Shown: positions 44,287 through 56,000 of the stretch, one piece after another
Layout of the letters: each line of letters begins with the position of its first letter
Numbering within the stretch: position 1 is the stretch's first letter
Assembly: GCA_964016885.1 (NCBI GenBank)
Contig: OZ024743.1
Location: forward strand, 29,388,001-29,452,000
Length of the DNA stretch: 64,000 nt
Origin: Eledone cirrhosa
Lineage: Eukaryota
Direction of reading: 5' to 3'
The notes under the pieces: generated by a model
Database searches by the model: none
Told to the model about the DNA's origin: nothing
What the model saw: only the letters and a program-made list of their open reading frames with translations
Translations under genes and position numbers: made by a program

Positions 44287-46699
44287 TATTTGTAAGACGT
44301 AAGAAATGGATTCCAATATTTCGATCATTGAAAAAATTTGTTTAGCCTAGTGTATTGATTTTTTTTTATATTACCGCTTGGCTGAACATTTCGGAAGTTG
44401 TGGGGATTTAATCAATTCCAGTGCTCGGCTAAGTCTTTTTATCTTATCGACGAAAAAAAAAAAAAAAAAAAAAACTCTGGAAAATTTGAACTCAGAACAT
44501 AAAGGAATGGAATTATATACATTATATTTCATTCAAAGCACAACATTGTAACTCCACTCAGTTCAGGGCTCATTAATTCCATAATAAATAATAATAGTGA
44601 CGAGAAGGAAGGGTCATAGGAAGATGAGATGTCAATCATACAGCATGACAATTTATCTCGCGTAGACGGGAGACTCGCAAGGAGTTTTACAAGTCCACCC
44701 AGTCTATTGAGATTGACAGAGTTTGGTAGACCTACCATCGCTTTCGACAATGGGCATTTAGTTATTCAATCAATTGAACATGAAACGCATACGTAACTGA
44801 CTATTCAACAGACGTGTAACGTTAACTTACTTCTCAAGAAAAAACAACGGGACAAAATGTCACAAGGCTGGTCCTTTGAATTACAGATACAATGGATTAT
44901 ATGGGCTTTCGAATAGTTTCTACCTATAAAATTACACTTCAATGGCTTGGGTTAATCCGAGGCTATATTAAAGAAACTTGCACCGGTTGTCACACAATAG
45001 GAGCGAAACCGGTGGGAACAAATTTCTTAACCATGTCAGGCCTGAGTCTATTCTGTTCAGTGTATTATATTGTGAAGTATGATAAACAATAATAACAACA
45101 TGAAGGAAATTGAAAGATGTGAAGTCAGTAACTTATTTAATGATTCATATTACGTAATATATAACGCAGGTCGGCCCACTCTGTAGAAATTGATTTGGTT
45201 TCTCTATGTAGTGAAAATATTGGTAATAATGGAATTTCTGTCATGTAATTCTGGGAAAGAATCAGAGATAAGTGGATAATGCAGGATTTTCATTTGTTTT
45301 GAGTAAATAAGTTAGTTTGGTGGACCGATTGAATTTGTGCGGTTAAAAGTTGTTTTCAACACACAGGAGCAGCGACGGTTGTAATACTGATAGAGGGAAA
45401 ATAAAAGGTTATAGTGCGTCTCCAGCACGTCTTTGTTGTAGCTTAGAAAATATGGTACTATGAAATCAATGAGCATGTAATGTGTTCCACTGGTACGTAG
45501 ATGTCAATATAATAGTATATTATTTAATATTACTTGAAATTGCCAGGTTCTTTTCTCTGTTCAGACCTAAGCAGAGAGGCTATCTCTTTGATTCATTGAA
45601 CATGGCTTTTGTGTTTGTTGTTCTTGTTGTGGTTTACGACGTTCCATATGTTAGCACCTGGCCATTTATTTTGGGAAATACTATGATTCTTTGACGATTT
45701 TAGGATGTTATATATTATGTTGTTTCTGGAAGATTGAGTGACAGCGTAAAGTTTTCCTTGGGGCTTATTTCAGCATGCCTACAAGAATCTTTGAAATAAA
45801 CAGAGAAAACTCTTCAAAACTAATGTGCTATATGAGGATCCTTGTGAACACTATAGTATATACTATATTAGCCTGCCGGAGCAAGTGTTATAAGAGGGAT
45901 TTAACGCAACACTACAAGATAATGAAATTGTCACCAATTTTATTGCGCTGACTACTGATATAGATTACACAATTCATAGTAACTTAAGTAAGCTTCGATC
46001 AAAATGAATGGAACCATTGTATGTATATCGATGTTAAAGGCGTTGAATTTCTACTCACCTGGGAGATTTAAATTCTTCTGAATTATGTTGTATATATAGA
46101 TGTTTGCATCTATGTATATTTGTAAATGTTTATGTACCTTATGTACCTTAGTATCGTAATTGTTCGCAATATATATATTAGTTGAAGCTGCATTGGGGCA
46201 AGCATCAATTGAATTCTTTGCGACAGTCACAAAGTACTTAATGGTGCGAAACGTTAATAAATAGCTCGTCCAGAGTTGACACATAAAGTTATATAAGTGT
46301 GACACCATGAATATATCGAGTAGGTGCACGTAGCCATAGTTTATTGCCACAGCAACAACAAATACGAACAGTTATATATTTATATGCACACACATACTAA
46401 CACACACATATATGTATAAACATTGAATTGAAAATTGTCTTACTATTCTGAGGAAGTGCTTCAACTCCTTAGACTTTGGAAATTATTCAATTGATTTTTC
46501 TTCTGCGTGATGAGAGAAAGGCTGGTATGATATCAAGCAGTTTTAGTCTAGAAGCTGGGTATACTTACCCATCATAGAGAAGATGAGGGGTCTATTGAGG
46601 CCTTGGTTATCAACCTATGTGTGTGATGCTCTCTATGAAGTGGTGCTGGAGCAATACGCGAGAACAGAGGTAGATATTCAGTTGTCGTAGGACAGAATA

Positions 46700-47525
46700 A
46701 TTTTGCAGTAAGAAACTGACTGTTTCTCCCAAGCCTGTGATAAAAAATTAGACTCTCGATCAACTCTAAAAAAACCGAAGTTATGTTCCTGCCAGCACCT
46801 GGAAAGCCTTACCCCGAACCACACATAAGATTAAAGATACTGAAGCTACAAGCAGCCGGTAACTCCACCTATATCGGAAACACTCTTCTCAGAAAGGGAA
46901 AACATAGACGCAGAGTTCAGTAATAGAATATCTAAAGAATGTATGAGAGCAGAGAAAACACAGTCTCACTACGAGTGGTGATGCTAACCATCCTTTTCTA
47001 CGCCTGCAAGACATGGATTGTTTACAGCAGACATACTAAAATAATTCAACTCTTCCCTCTTGAGTGACCTCCACAGAAGTCTCCACATACTGTAGCAGGT
47101 CAAATTCCCAGACTCAGAGGTTATTAAATGGGCTCGCAATCACAGTGTTCACACTCTCTTACAGAAAACTCTCTTACAGAAAAGTCGGATAGCCTGGTAA
47201 TATCAGAATGTCTAACAGGTACTGTATGTAGGTTGGCATGGGCAAGCGCTCTGTTGACAGACAGAAGAAATGTTTAAAGGTATCCCTTAAAGATATCAAT
47301 CACAATAGCTGAGAATAGTTTGCTCTATATCTTTCAGGGAGTTTAGTAGAAACTAAAATCATCGCAGTGGCTCAGTAGAAACTCTCCGGATACGAACTAG
47401 TTGTCTTATTCACTTCCACTGCAGCATTTACCCACGTGTACCTATGTATGAGCGTGGTTTCCTGGCCCGGATTGGCCTCAACACTCACCTGCAGATCACA
47501 TCCAGAGATCCTCAACAACAACAAA
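46700..47525 (+). mobile_element. Degenerate RTE-BovB 3' half
   Basis: FSQACD, INSKKTEVMFLPAPGKPYPEPHI, TYIGNTL, YACKTWIVYSRH, GFLARIGLNTHLQ, then (CAA)n tail. Confidence 0.8.
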
Positions 47526-48940
47526 AACATGCTTAAACACACATACCCCCTCCCCCCACACACACACAGCCATTCAAACGCACACACACACACTCATATA
47601 TATATTATATGAGCGGTTTTTAGAGACTTGTGATAATCTGGTATTTAGAAGAATTATTAGCTTCATGTTCTAATTTATTGAATCCACAAATGAGCCTCGG
47701 TTTTAAAGAGTTCCTATAATTTCTACAAGGCAGATTACATGCATACCGTATTTATCACACTATGGACACGTCAAAATCTCTTGTTCTGTCCTCAATACGG
47801 CTTTATCATTCAGTGAGAATCCAAATTCTTTTAAAACGATGTAATAAGCATCAAAATATACGAGAATTGGCCGTTCCTACTACATGGTCGTCAGGTTTAA
47901 ATATAACTTTGTACCTATACATCATATAATGTTGTACATTCCTAATCCTATTTGATGTTTAATAAATCCATTAGCTGTAGTATATCTGGAAATATATTTT
48001 AGATTCTTGTGTTTTATAGTTATATATCTCTATTAATGTACATAAAGCTACATCTTTTAATCTTGTAAATCTTGCTGCATTCTCATACAGCCCATAATTT
48101 TATCTTAAATAATGTCTTTTAAGTTGGCGAATGCTACTTCATTTCCATATCCTAACAATGTTTTATGAAGAAGATTATATTTAAAATACAGTTCTATTTC
48201 CATACACCAATATCATATAAAGAAAAATTCTTTTAAGATGGTAACAGCTACTTTAATCTTATGTATAACATCAAAGAATGGATACAAATGCCTTTTTAAC
48301 CTGATAAATATTGTTTAAGTTCTTCCAAAATATCATTTACGCAATTCTATTCAGAGGGATGTGATCTATTTTTGCTGTCACAACATAGCCTCTGAAATCA
48401 ATTTGCCGGAGGAAATTATTGACGAAGCGTTACAACGCTGCAATTTCTGTTACATTACAAGATTTTATATTGGTTTTAACATCTCTCAGTATTTGATTAT
48501 TGACGAAACACTGCGAATCGAGAATATTTATTTAGTTTTAGATGATAGTGACGGTAAATTTAGCTTGAGTGTACATGCCACAAGAACAAGAAATCAAACA
48601 TTTCCAGACAATTTTAGATTGGTAATGTTTCAAAAGACAGTGTTAAACACTTTTATTCTTTTAATATCTTTATTAATAGACTGATGGCCATGCTGGAGGC
48701 ACACACTTCAGGGAATTTAGTCTATCTTAATATCTGCATTTTTATTTCAGTCTGGTATTTATTTGATCGGTTGTTAATGAAATTTTGTATTATGAGAGGT
48801 ACTGGAGTGCAATATAAACTACATAAATATGAGTACACACAGATTTACACTCACACACACTCATGCATACACACATACACACATACACATACGCACACGG
48901 GCGTGCACATATACACACACACGCGAACACATACACACAC

Positions 48941-48942
<2 letters not shown>

Positions 48943-49005
<63 letters not shown>

Positions 49006-49020
49006 GATCTATCTATCTAT
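48943..49020. repeat. (TCTA)n microsatellite directly 5' of Tx1 copy A
   Basis: About 19 units, directly visible. Confidence 0.95.
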
Positions 49021-49865
49021 CGAAATCTAGCTGTCGTCTGTTCTACAGCGTAGATGTAATTCACTTCGCGCAGAAGTTTTGTTCACATTTATTGCGGAAA
49101 TTTTGTAAGTTCAATTTTAATTTTGATACTATTGTGTAGCTTGACCCCCCCCCGTCTGAACTGTCAGGCGGTGGGTCAGCATATCTTTACCCCTCCTAGG
49201 GGTGAAAAACCTGTTTTCAAAAATTTTGTGGCATAAAAAAATTTCAATCGTCTGACAGAAATGTTAAACGAAGCTAACGAAAATAGTGGTGGGGGGACAG
49301 CGGTAAGAGTTGTAAGCTCGCACGCTTTAGTCCCCCATTCCTTCCCAACTAACGTCATAGAGAAGGAAAGAAAAAATAAAATAAAAACAGACGAATCTGC
49401 GGAGAAAAATGACGAAAACACAAATCTGGACATTGATTCCAACAACGAAAAAAAAAAATTAGAAAAATTGCATGACAATATTAATATCACAAACAAAGAC
49501 ACGACAAACACAAAAATAACATTTGAAAACAACATCATAACAGAAAGCAAAGCAGACGACAAAGTCAACACCAATAATATTTCATTTGCACAAACAACAA
49601 AGAAATTTTTGACATATATACCTGAAAATATTTCAGATGTGGCACAAAGAATCACAGACGCCAAACAATACATAAGTGAAGGAGAAAATGGTATTTTATC
49701 ACCAAAGACATTGAAAGTCGAACGGTCGTTTTCCGCACCATCAACAACATTTCTAAAAAACCTGAACAGCCAACTCAAACAGAAATCAAAATAGTACTTA
49801 CAGAAATACTTAATGAAACCACTTTCATAAGAAAAGACAGACTGTATGGAAGCCTAGCGATTATT

Positions 49866-51155
49866 ATGAAGAACGAATCGGCGGCAAAAAAATGTGCTTT
49901 GTCACCGATTCGTTCAAAATATTTTACCTTTTATACATCTTATATGGGTAAAAGAACTCAACGCATATGGCTGGATGCAATGATGCCAGATGTGGACTAC
50001 TGCTGGCTCATAGCTGGCTTCATCGATCCAGCGAATGACAACGTGATTTCCATTGGGAAAACCACAGGCAATGCGTTCAGTGGAACAGGTATAGAGCTTG
50101 TAGTGCAAATGAAGCCTGAACGCATCGCCCAAATACCCGACAGAATCCTATTAGAGGGCCACGGGTATATAAACATTAGCGTGGAGGGGAGAAGACCGTC
50201 CTGTCATATCTGTGCAGGCAGAGGGCACCTGAAGGCGGCTTGTCCCCAACTCAACAAAAAGAAAACCCTGCTACGAACACCAGCTCCACCACCACCACCA
50301 CCACAACAGATAAACAAACAACAAAACTCAGTCCCACCTAACCCGTCTCTCAGTAAAACTACACCACCACCACCACAACACAAACAGTCACAACACATTA
50401 CCCCAAAACAAAATACAGGCCCACCCAACCCCTCACTCAATGAAAGAACACAACCACCGCACCCACAACACACAACACAGTCTAACATAGTGACATCCAT
50501 CTCCCCCACAAAGAAAACCAACACGGAAAGATTACCAGCAAACATACCTCTCCCCTCCAACACTGAAGATAACCCAACGAATTCGGAGGAAGAAACGGAG
50601 TCCTTCAGACAGATTAAAAGGAAAAAAAGAAAACATGTGCAAAACACACAAGGCCAAACAACCTCCACCCAAATGTCAACACAATCCAACAAAACACAAA
50701 ACACCCCTCCAGCAACAAACAAAACCAAACCTGACCCTCCCCTCTTCGAAACACTCACACCATCCGAAAAAAAGACATTACACTATACTTACATCAACAG
50801 AAACAATAATAAATTAAATGAACTCATAAACAATAATCCTTCGGTACAAACCGAAGGGGTAAACTTTGTTTCTTCAGAAAACTACCCACATTTAAAATTA
50901 ATAAAGATCCCAATGAACCTCTACCAAAAACTAAAAAAGGATTTTAAGGAGGACGTAGGACCACCCTCTGTCAAACCCATAAACCGCGTCCTACTAAAAA
51001 GCTTTCCCCCTCCCCTTCCCCTCCCCAACACAACTCCAAACACCCCAACCCCACCACACACTGACGACCCCACACCACCACAAGACACCCCTTCACCCAA
51101 CACCCCCGACCCCATGGAAGTCGTGCGACCCGAACCCCAGGAAGCAGAAAGGTAG
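49866..51155 (+). CDS. Tx1 ORF1 (gag-like, CCHC zinc knuckle, Pro/Thr-rich linker); N-terminus disrupted
   Basis: CHICAGRGHLKAAC knuckle; homologous to ORF1 of the other two copies. Confidence 0.8.
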   Translation: MKNESAAKKCALSPIRSKYFTFYTSYMGKRTQRIWLDAMMPDVDYCWLIAGFIDPANDNVISIGKTTGNAFSGTGIELVVQMKPERIAQIPDRILLEGHGYINISVEGRRPSCHICAGRGHLKAACPQLNKKKTLLRTPAPPPPPPQQINKQQNSVPPNPSLSKTTPPPPQHKQSQHITPKQNTGPPNPSLNERTQPPHPQHTTQSNIVTSISPTKKTNTERLPANIPLPSNTEDNPTNSEEETESFRQIKRKKRKHVQNTQGQTTSTQMSTQSNKTQNTPPATNKTKPDPPLFETLTPSEKKTLHYTYINRNNNKLNELINNNPSVQTEGVNFVSSENYPHLKLIKIPMNLYQKLKKDFKEDVGPPSVKPINRVLLKSFPPPLPLPNTTPNTPTPPHTDDPTPPQDTPSPNTPDPMEVVRPEPQEAER

Positions 51156-51188
51156 GTCTCTACACTCTCCTTTGGCTTTGCCGCCCAC

Positions 51189-52985
51189 ATGAATGTGTTA
51201 AGAGTAGGATGTTTGAATGCACGTGGCCTGGGCTCAACTTGGAAGCAAGCAAAGCTTCTGAATGACCTCAGGTCATGTGGTATAAATGTAATGGTTATCT
51301 GTGAGACTCGGATCAGCGTCGTGCGGCAGCTGGCCCCTACCTTCGATGACTTTGAGGTGCATGCATCTCTCTGTCAACCTGGAGGTGGGGGTGGGGTTGT
51401 CGTACTGCTGCAAAAACACCTGGGTCTTGCCATACAGGTTGTTCACTCGGACCCGGAGGGTCGTTTGTTGGTGCTAGACGTTGGCAGTAGTGAAGGTGCG
51501 GCCTTGAGACTGGTCGCCGTCTACTCCCCTTTTGGAGCTGAACGGCCCGACTTCTTCCAGCGTTTGGAGACTTTTCTGGGAACGTCGCGTTCCCTGCTTC
51601 TAGCGGGGGATTGGAATGACATCCTAGATGCACGTTGGGACTATGCAGGAGCATGTCCTAATAGAGGGGGGTGTAACAGCCTCAAGGGGTTACTCGACCG
51701 TTTTAACTTGGTCGATAGATATCGACTAGATTTTCCAACTGTGCCTACCTGGACTTGGACGAACCACAGTGGTCAATCTAGATCGTACTTAGATAGATTC
51801 TTAGTTAGAAGTAAGGATAGGGACATATTAAGCTGTCCAGAAATGCTCACGGTTGGCTATACGGATCACAAATTAGTGACCTGCGTAGTCAATCTCGAGA
51901 AAACACATAAACAGGGTCCCGGTTACTGGAAACTTAATTTGTCTTTACCGGCAAAAGAGACTTACAGAAACCGGATTAGCAAATTAGTTAAGGAGAGGTT
52001 GACGGGTGAAATCGTCAACAACCGATGGTGGGAATCTCTCAAAAGAGAGATTAGAACAGAATCAATAAGTTATAGCAAGATGTTAGCTGCCGATAGGAAT
52101 AGAAACGAGAAAGAATTAACAGGTAAATTAGAAGAGGCAATCAAGAGCGAAGATGTGGCCAGAGTGCTGGCATCGAGGACGGCCTTGAACCAGTTTTTCG
52201 ATGCAAAGCACGAAGGCTGCGTCATTCGAAGAAAAATACGTGCTCTAGGTAATGAGGGCGCCAAAGCCGTTGGCTGGGCCCGCGTGACAGAAGCTAAGAG
52301 TGGAAATCGATCCACCATCCGGTCGTTGCAAGATGAGGATGGACGGGTGATCCGGGAGCCTAAGCAGATGTGCGAGGCCTTAGAAAGGCACTTTGCCCGA
52401 TTATTCGGGGGAGGCGAGGGTCCGGGCGGGGACGTGGATTTCGGTCCATACCTCGACGGCCTGCCGCGTCTCTCGAGCAAAGAGGCAGAGTCCTGCGAGG
52501 GACCAATCTCGGCTGATGAGATCGGGGATGCGCTGAGCCAATGCAGCAGACGCAAATCTCCAGGTCTCGATGGTATACCTTACGAACTTTATTTAGCAAT
52601 GCCGGTCTTCTTCTCCGAACTCCTCGAAGCGGTCTACTGCAATTGGCAGCAGAACGGGAGAATTCCTTGTTCTGTAGCCAAGGGCGTAGTCTCGCTGGTG
52701 AGGAAGGACGAGAACAAGGGGGATAGTATAAATAATTTTCGGCCCATAACACTGCTAAACTCAGATTTAAAGATTTTGGCCAAGGTGTTAGCAAAGAGGT
52801 TGGCGCTTGTCGTGGGTAGCCTGGTGGGAGATGCGCAGACATGTGCTATCCCATCCAGGTCCATTTTCGATAACCTCCACCTCATGCGATACATCATAGA
52901 GAGGGTTGGCAACAAACCCGGCTTCGGTGGGGCCCTGATCAACTTGGATCAGTCTAAGGCCTTCGATAGGGTCGACCATGGTTAG
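51189..52985 (+). CDS. Tx1 ORF2 N-half (APE endonuclease plus start of RT), premature stop
   Basis: [74 protein letters not shown]. Confidence 0.9.
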   Translation: MNVLRVGCLNARGLGSTWKQAKLLNDLRSCGINVMVICETRISVVRQLAPTFDDFEVHASLCQPGGGGGVVVLLQKHLGLAIQVVHSDPEGRLLVLDVGSSEGAALRLVAVYSPFGAERPDFFQRLETFLGTSRSLLLAGDWNDILDARWDYAGACPNRGGCNSLKGLLDRFNLVDRYRLDFPTVPTWTWTNHSGQSRSYLDRFLVRSKDRDILSCPEMLTVGYTDHKLVTCVVNLEKTHKQGPGYWKLNLSLPAKETYRNRISKLVKERLTGEIVNNRWWESLKREIRTESISYSKMLAADRNRNEKELTGKLEEAIKSEDVARVLASRTALNQFFDAKHEGCVIRRKIRALGNEGAKAVGWARVTEAKSGNRSTIRSLQDEDGRVIREPKQMCEALERHFARLFGGGEGPGGDVDFGPYLDGLPRLSSKEAESCEGPISADEIGDALSQCSRRKSPGLDGIPYELYLAMPVFFSELLEAVYCNWQQNGRIPCSVAKGVVSLVRKDENKGDSINNFRPITLLNSDLKILAKVLAKRLALVVGSLVGDAQTCAIPSRSIFDNLHLMRYIIERVGNKPGFGGALINLDQSKAFDRVDHG

Positions 52986-53024
52986 CTGGATGCGGTGCTA
53001 GCGGCGGCTGGGTTCGGTCCTGTT

Positions 53025-56000
53025 ATTTAGGGAAACATTTTTACATTTACCCCTTTTTTAGGGGGTAAAATAAATATCTATTTTGCTGTAAAATTCCTTT
53101 CTAGGAAACATGGCGGAAAAGATGGCAGACATGTCTGCCATTTGCTCTGCCACGCCCCCCAAGTCTGAAGAACAAAAAATAGATACAACAAAACTAGACA
53201 ACGAAACATACAAGGAAAATGAAAAAACAAATGTTACGGAAAATGAGCAAACGGAAAACAAACAAACAGAAAATAAGAATACAAATAACAACAAGGCAAC
53301 TTTCGCCCAGAAAACAAAACAGTCCATAACATATACACCAATAGACTTAACTGCCGCCAGAGAAAAACTGGCAGAAGCAAAAAAACACAGTCTTGGGGGA
53401 GAACGGACTGTTTTCCATTAACTCCCCCCCCCCCCAGAATTCAAGAAAGCGAGAACAGAGAGCACGGTTCTCTTCAGAACAATCTTAAACCAAACGAGAA
53501 AGCCAGCACAGCCCAGCCAAATTGAGATAGAGTTGGTCCTAAAAGACTATATGAAGAATATTCTCTTCATACGAAAGGACCGACTCTTTGGCAACATTTC
53601 GGTCTTAACAAAAGACAAGGAAACAGCGCAGAAGCTTTCCCTAAGCCCACTCTCATCAACAACATACAGCTTCTATCCCTCCTACATGGGTAGAAGAACA
53701 CAGAGAGTCAAAGTACAAACAATGCTGCCCACAATGGACTTCTGGTGGGCTATTGCAGGCTTCATAGACATGGGCGAGGACACAGTGCTGTCAATGGGGA
53801 AGGCATCTGGAGATGCGTTCCTGGGAATGGGCCTCGACCTACTAGTCCAAATGAGGCCCGAAAGAATAGCACAAATCCCGGATCGCATCTGGCTGGATGA
53901 TCTCACCCCAATAGATATAATTGAAGAGGGGAGAAGATCAGCATGCTATTTATGCACGGAAAGGGGACACGGCTAGGCGAACTGCCCGAAACGTATCCCC
54001 CAAAAAGGACTATTGCCCACACCCACCACAAACAGTACACCAACACCACCCACCTCCAAAAATACACTAATACCACACACAGCAAACAAAATACAGACAC
54101 CACCAACCACAAGCACAACACAAACATCACCACCACCATCACCAACCACAACACAAACATCACCACAACAATCACCAACCACAAGCACGACAAAAACATC
54201 ACCACCACCACCACAAAACGCCTTCCAAACAAATAATAAAAAAAACAGCAACAAATCTACCCCTCCCGCAAAAAAAAAAACAACCAGACACCACGTCCCT
54301 CCCACCTAGCGCTGAAGAGTTTCCCCCAACTTCTGAAGAAGAAGGAGGAGAAGCCTTCAGACAAGTTAAAAGAAAAAAAAGAAAGCACACACCCAGCACA
54401 GCACAAATAACCCACACACAAACACCAACTCCAATCAAAAACACCCCAGCCTCAACAAACACAAATAAATCTGCGCCTCCCCTCTCCGAAACATTGACAG
54501 CATCACAAAAAAGACTTTGCAATACACATATATAAATAAAGAAAACAAAAAACTGTTTAAATTAATAAACAATAGCCCTTTGGTGCAGACCGAAGGGCCA
54601 AACTTTATCTCAACAGAGAACTTCACCCATTTAAAAATGATAAAGGTCCCTCTGGACCTTTATCGTTCCTTAAAAGAACAATTTAGACAGGACGTGAGCC
54701 CCCCCCTGTTTAAAACCGTTAAATCGCGTCCTCTTGAAAGATTGCCCCATAACCTCCCCTCTCCCTGACACAACTCCAAATACCCCAACCCCACCACACT
54801 CGGGTACCCCCACACCACCACAAAACATCCCTCCACCCAACACACCTGACGCCATGGAAATTACACAACCCGGAGAGGTAGGTGCTTTTCTTTCTTCACT
54901 TTCAACACCAAAATAGATCAATTGAGAGTTGGCTGTTTGAACGCGCGTGGCCTGGGCTCAGCTTGGAAGCAAGCAAAGCTTCTAAGTGACCTCAGGTCAC
55001 AAAGTATAGATGTGATAGTTGTTTGCGAGAGTCGGATCAGCAGCGTGCGACAGCTGGCGCCCGCCTTCGATGACTTTGAGATGCACGCATCTCTCTGTCA
55101 ACCCGGAGGCGGGGGGGGGGGGGAGTTGCCGTACTGCTGGATAAACGTCTGGCTCTCGGCGTACAGATTGTTCACACGGACCCGGGGGGTCGATTACTGG
55201 TGCTGGACGTCGGAGGCGGTGAAGGCGGGGCTTTCAGACTGGTCGGTCTTTATGCCCCCTTCGGGGCTGAAAGAGCCGACTTCTTCCAGCGTCTGGAGAC
55301 TTTTCTAGGAACGTCGCGTTCCCTGCTTTTAGTTGGGGACTGGAATGGAATCCTAAATGCGCGTTGGGACTATGCAGGGGCATGTCCCGATAGAGTGGGG
55401 TGTAGCAGCCTCAAGGGGTTACTCGATCGATTCGACCTGGTCGATAGATTTCGAGTAGATTGTCCAACTGCGCCAACCTGGACCTGGGCAAACCGCAGTG
55501 GTCAATCTAGATCGTACCTAGATAGGTTTTTGGTTAGGAGTAAGTATAGGGACGTATTTAGTTGTCCAGAATTGATCATGGTTGGCTATTCAGATCACAA
55601 ATTAGTGACCTGCGTGGTCAACCTTGATAGAACGCATAGACAGGGTCCCGGTTACTGGAAGATGAACTTGTCCTTGCCGGCAAAGAAAGATTACAGAAAC
55701 CGGATTAGTAGCTTAGTTAAGATGCGGTTGACGGGAGCGATCGTCAACAGCAGGTGGTGGGTATCTCTAAAGAGAGAGATTAGAGTAAGTTCGATAGGTT
55801 ACAGTAAGGAACTAGCGGCGAATAGAAATAGGAAGGAAAGGGAGTTAACAGATAAACTAGAAGAGGCGATTAGGAGCGGAGACGTGGCCAGAGTGTTAGC
55901 GGCGAGAACGGCGTTGAGCCAGTTCTTTGACGCGAAGCACGAAGGCTGCGTTGTCCGAAGTAAAATACGTGCTTTAGGAAACGAGGGGACCAAAGCTGTT

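Larger units (their letters stand above)
49021..53024 (+). mobile_element. Tx1/L1-clade element copy A (5' end, ORF1, ORF2 truncated in RT)
   Basis: ORF1 pieces 49261-49794 and 49866-51155; ORF2 51189-52985; homology to copy B ends near 53024. Confidence 0.92.

Noticed and set aside
46440-46500. CTGAGGA...GAAA as a hammerhead
   Set aside because: Stems I and II are only about 3 bp and out of register; compatible with chance. Isolated CTGANGA hits near 24008, 35718 and 62896 also lack a fold.
47620-48420. Possible decayed non-LTR element with a restriction-like endonuclease on the minus strand
   Set aside because: Fragments such as KAFVSI, KPD and FDVSIV are suggestive but too degraded and not clearly in the expected order.
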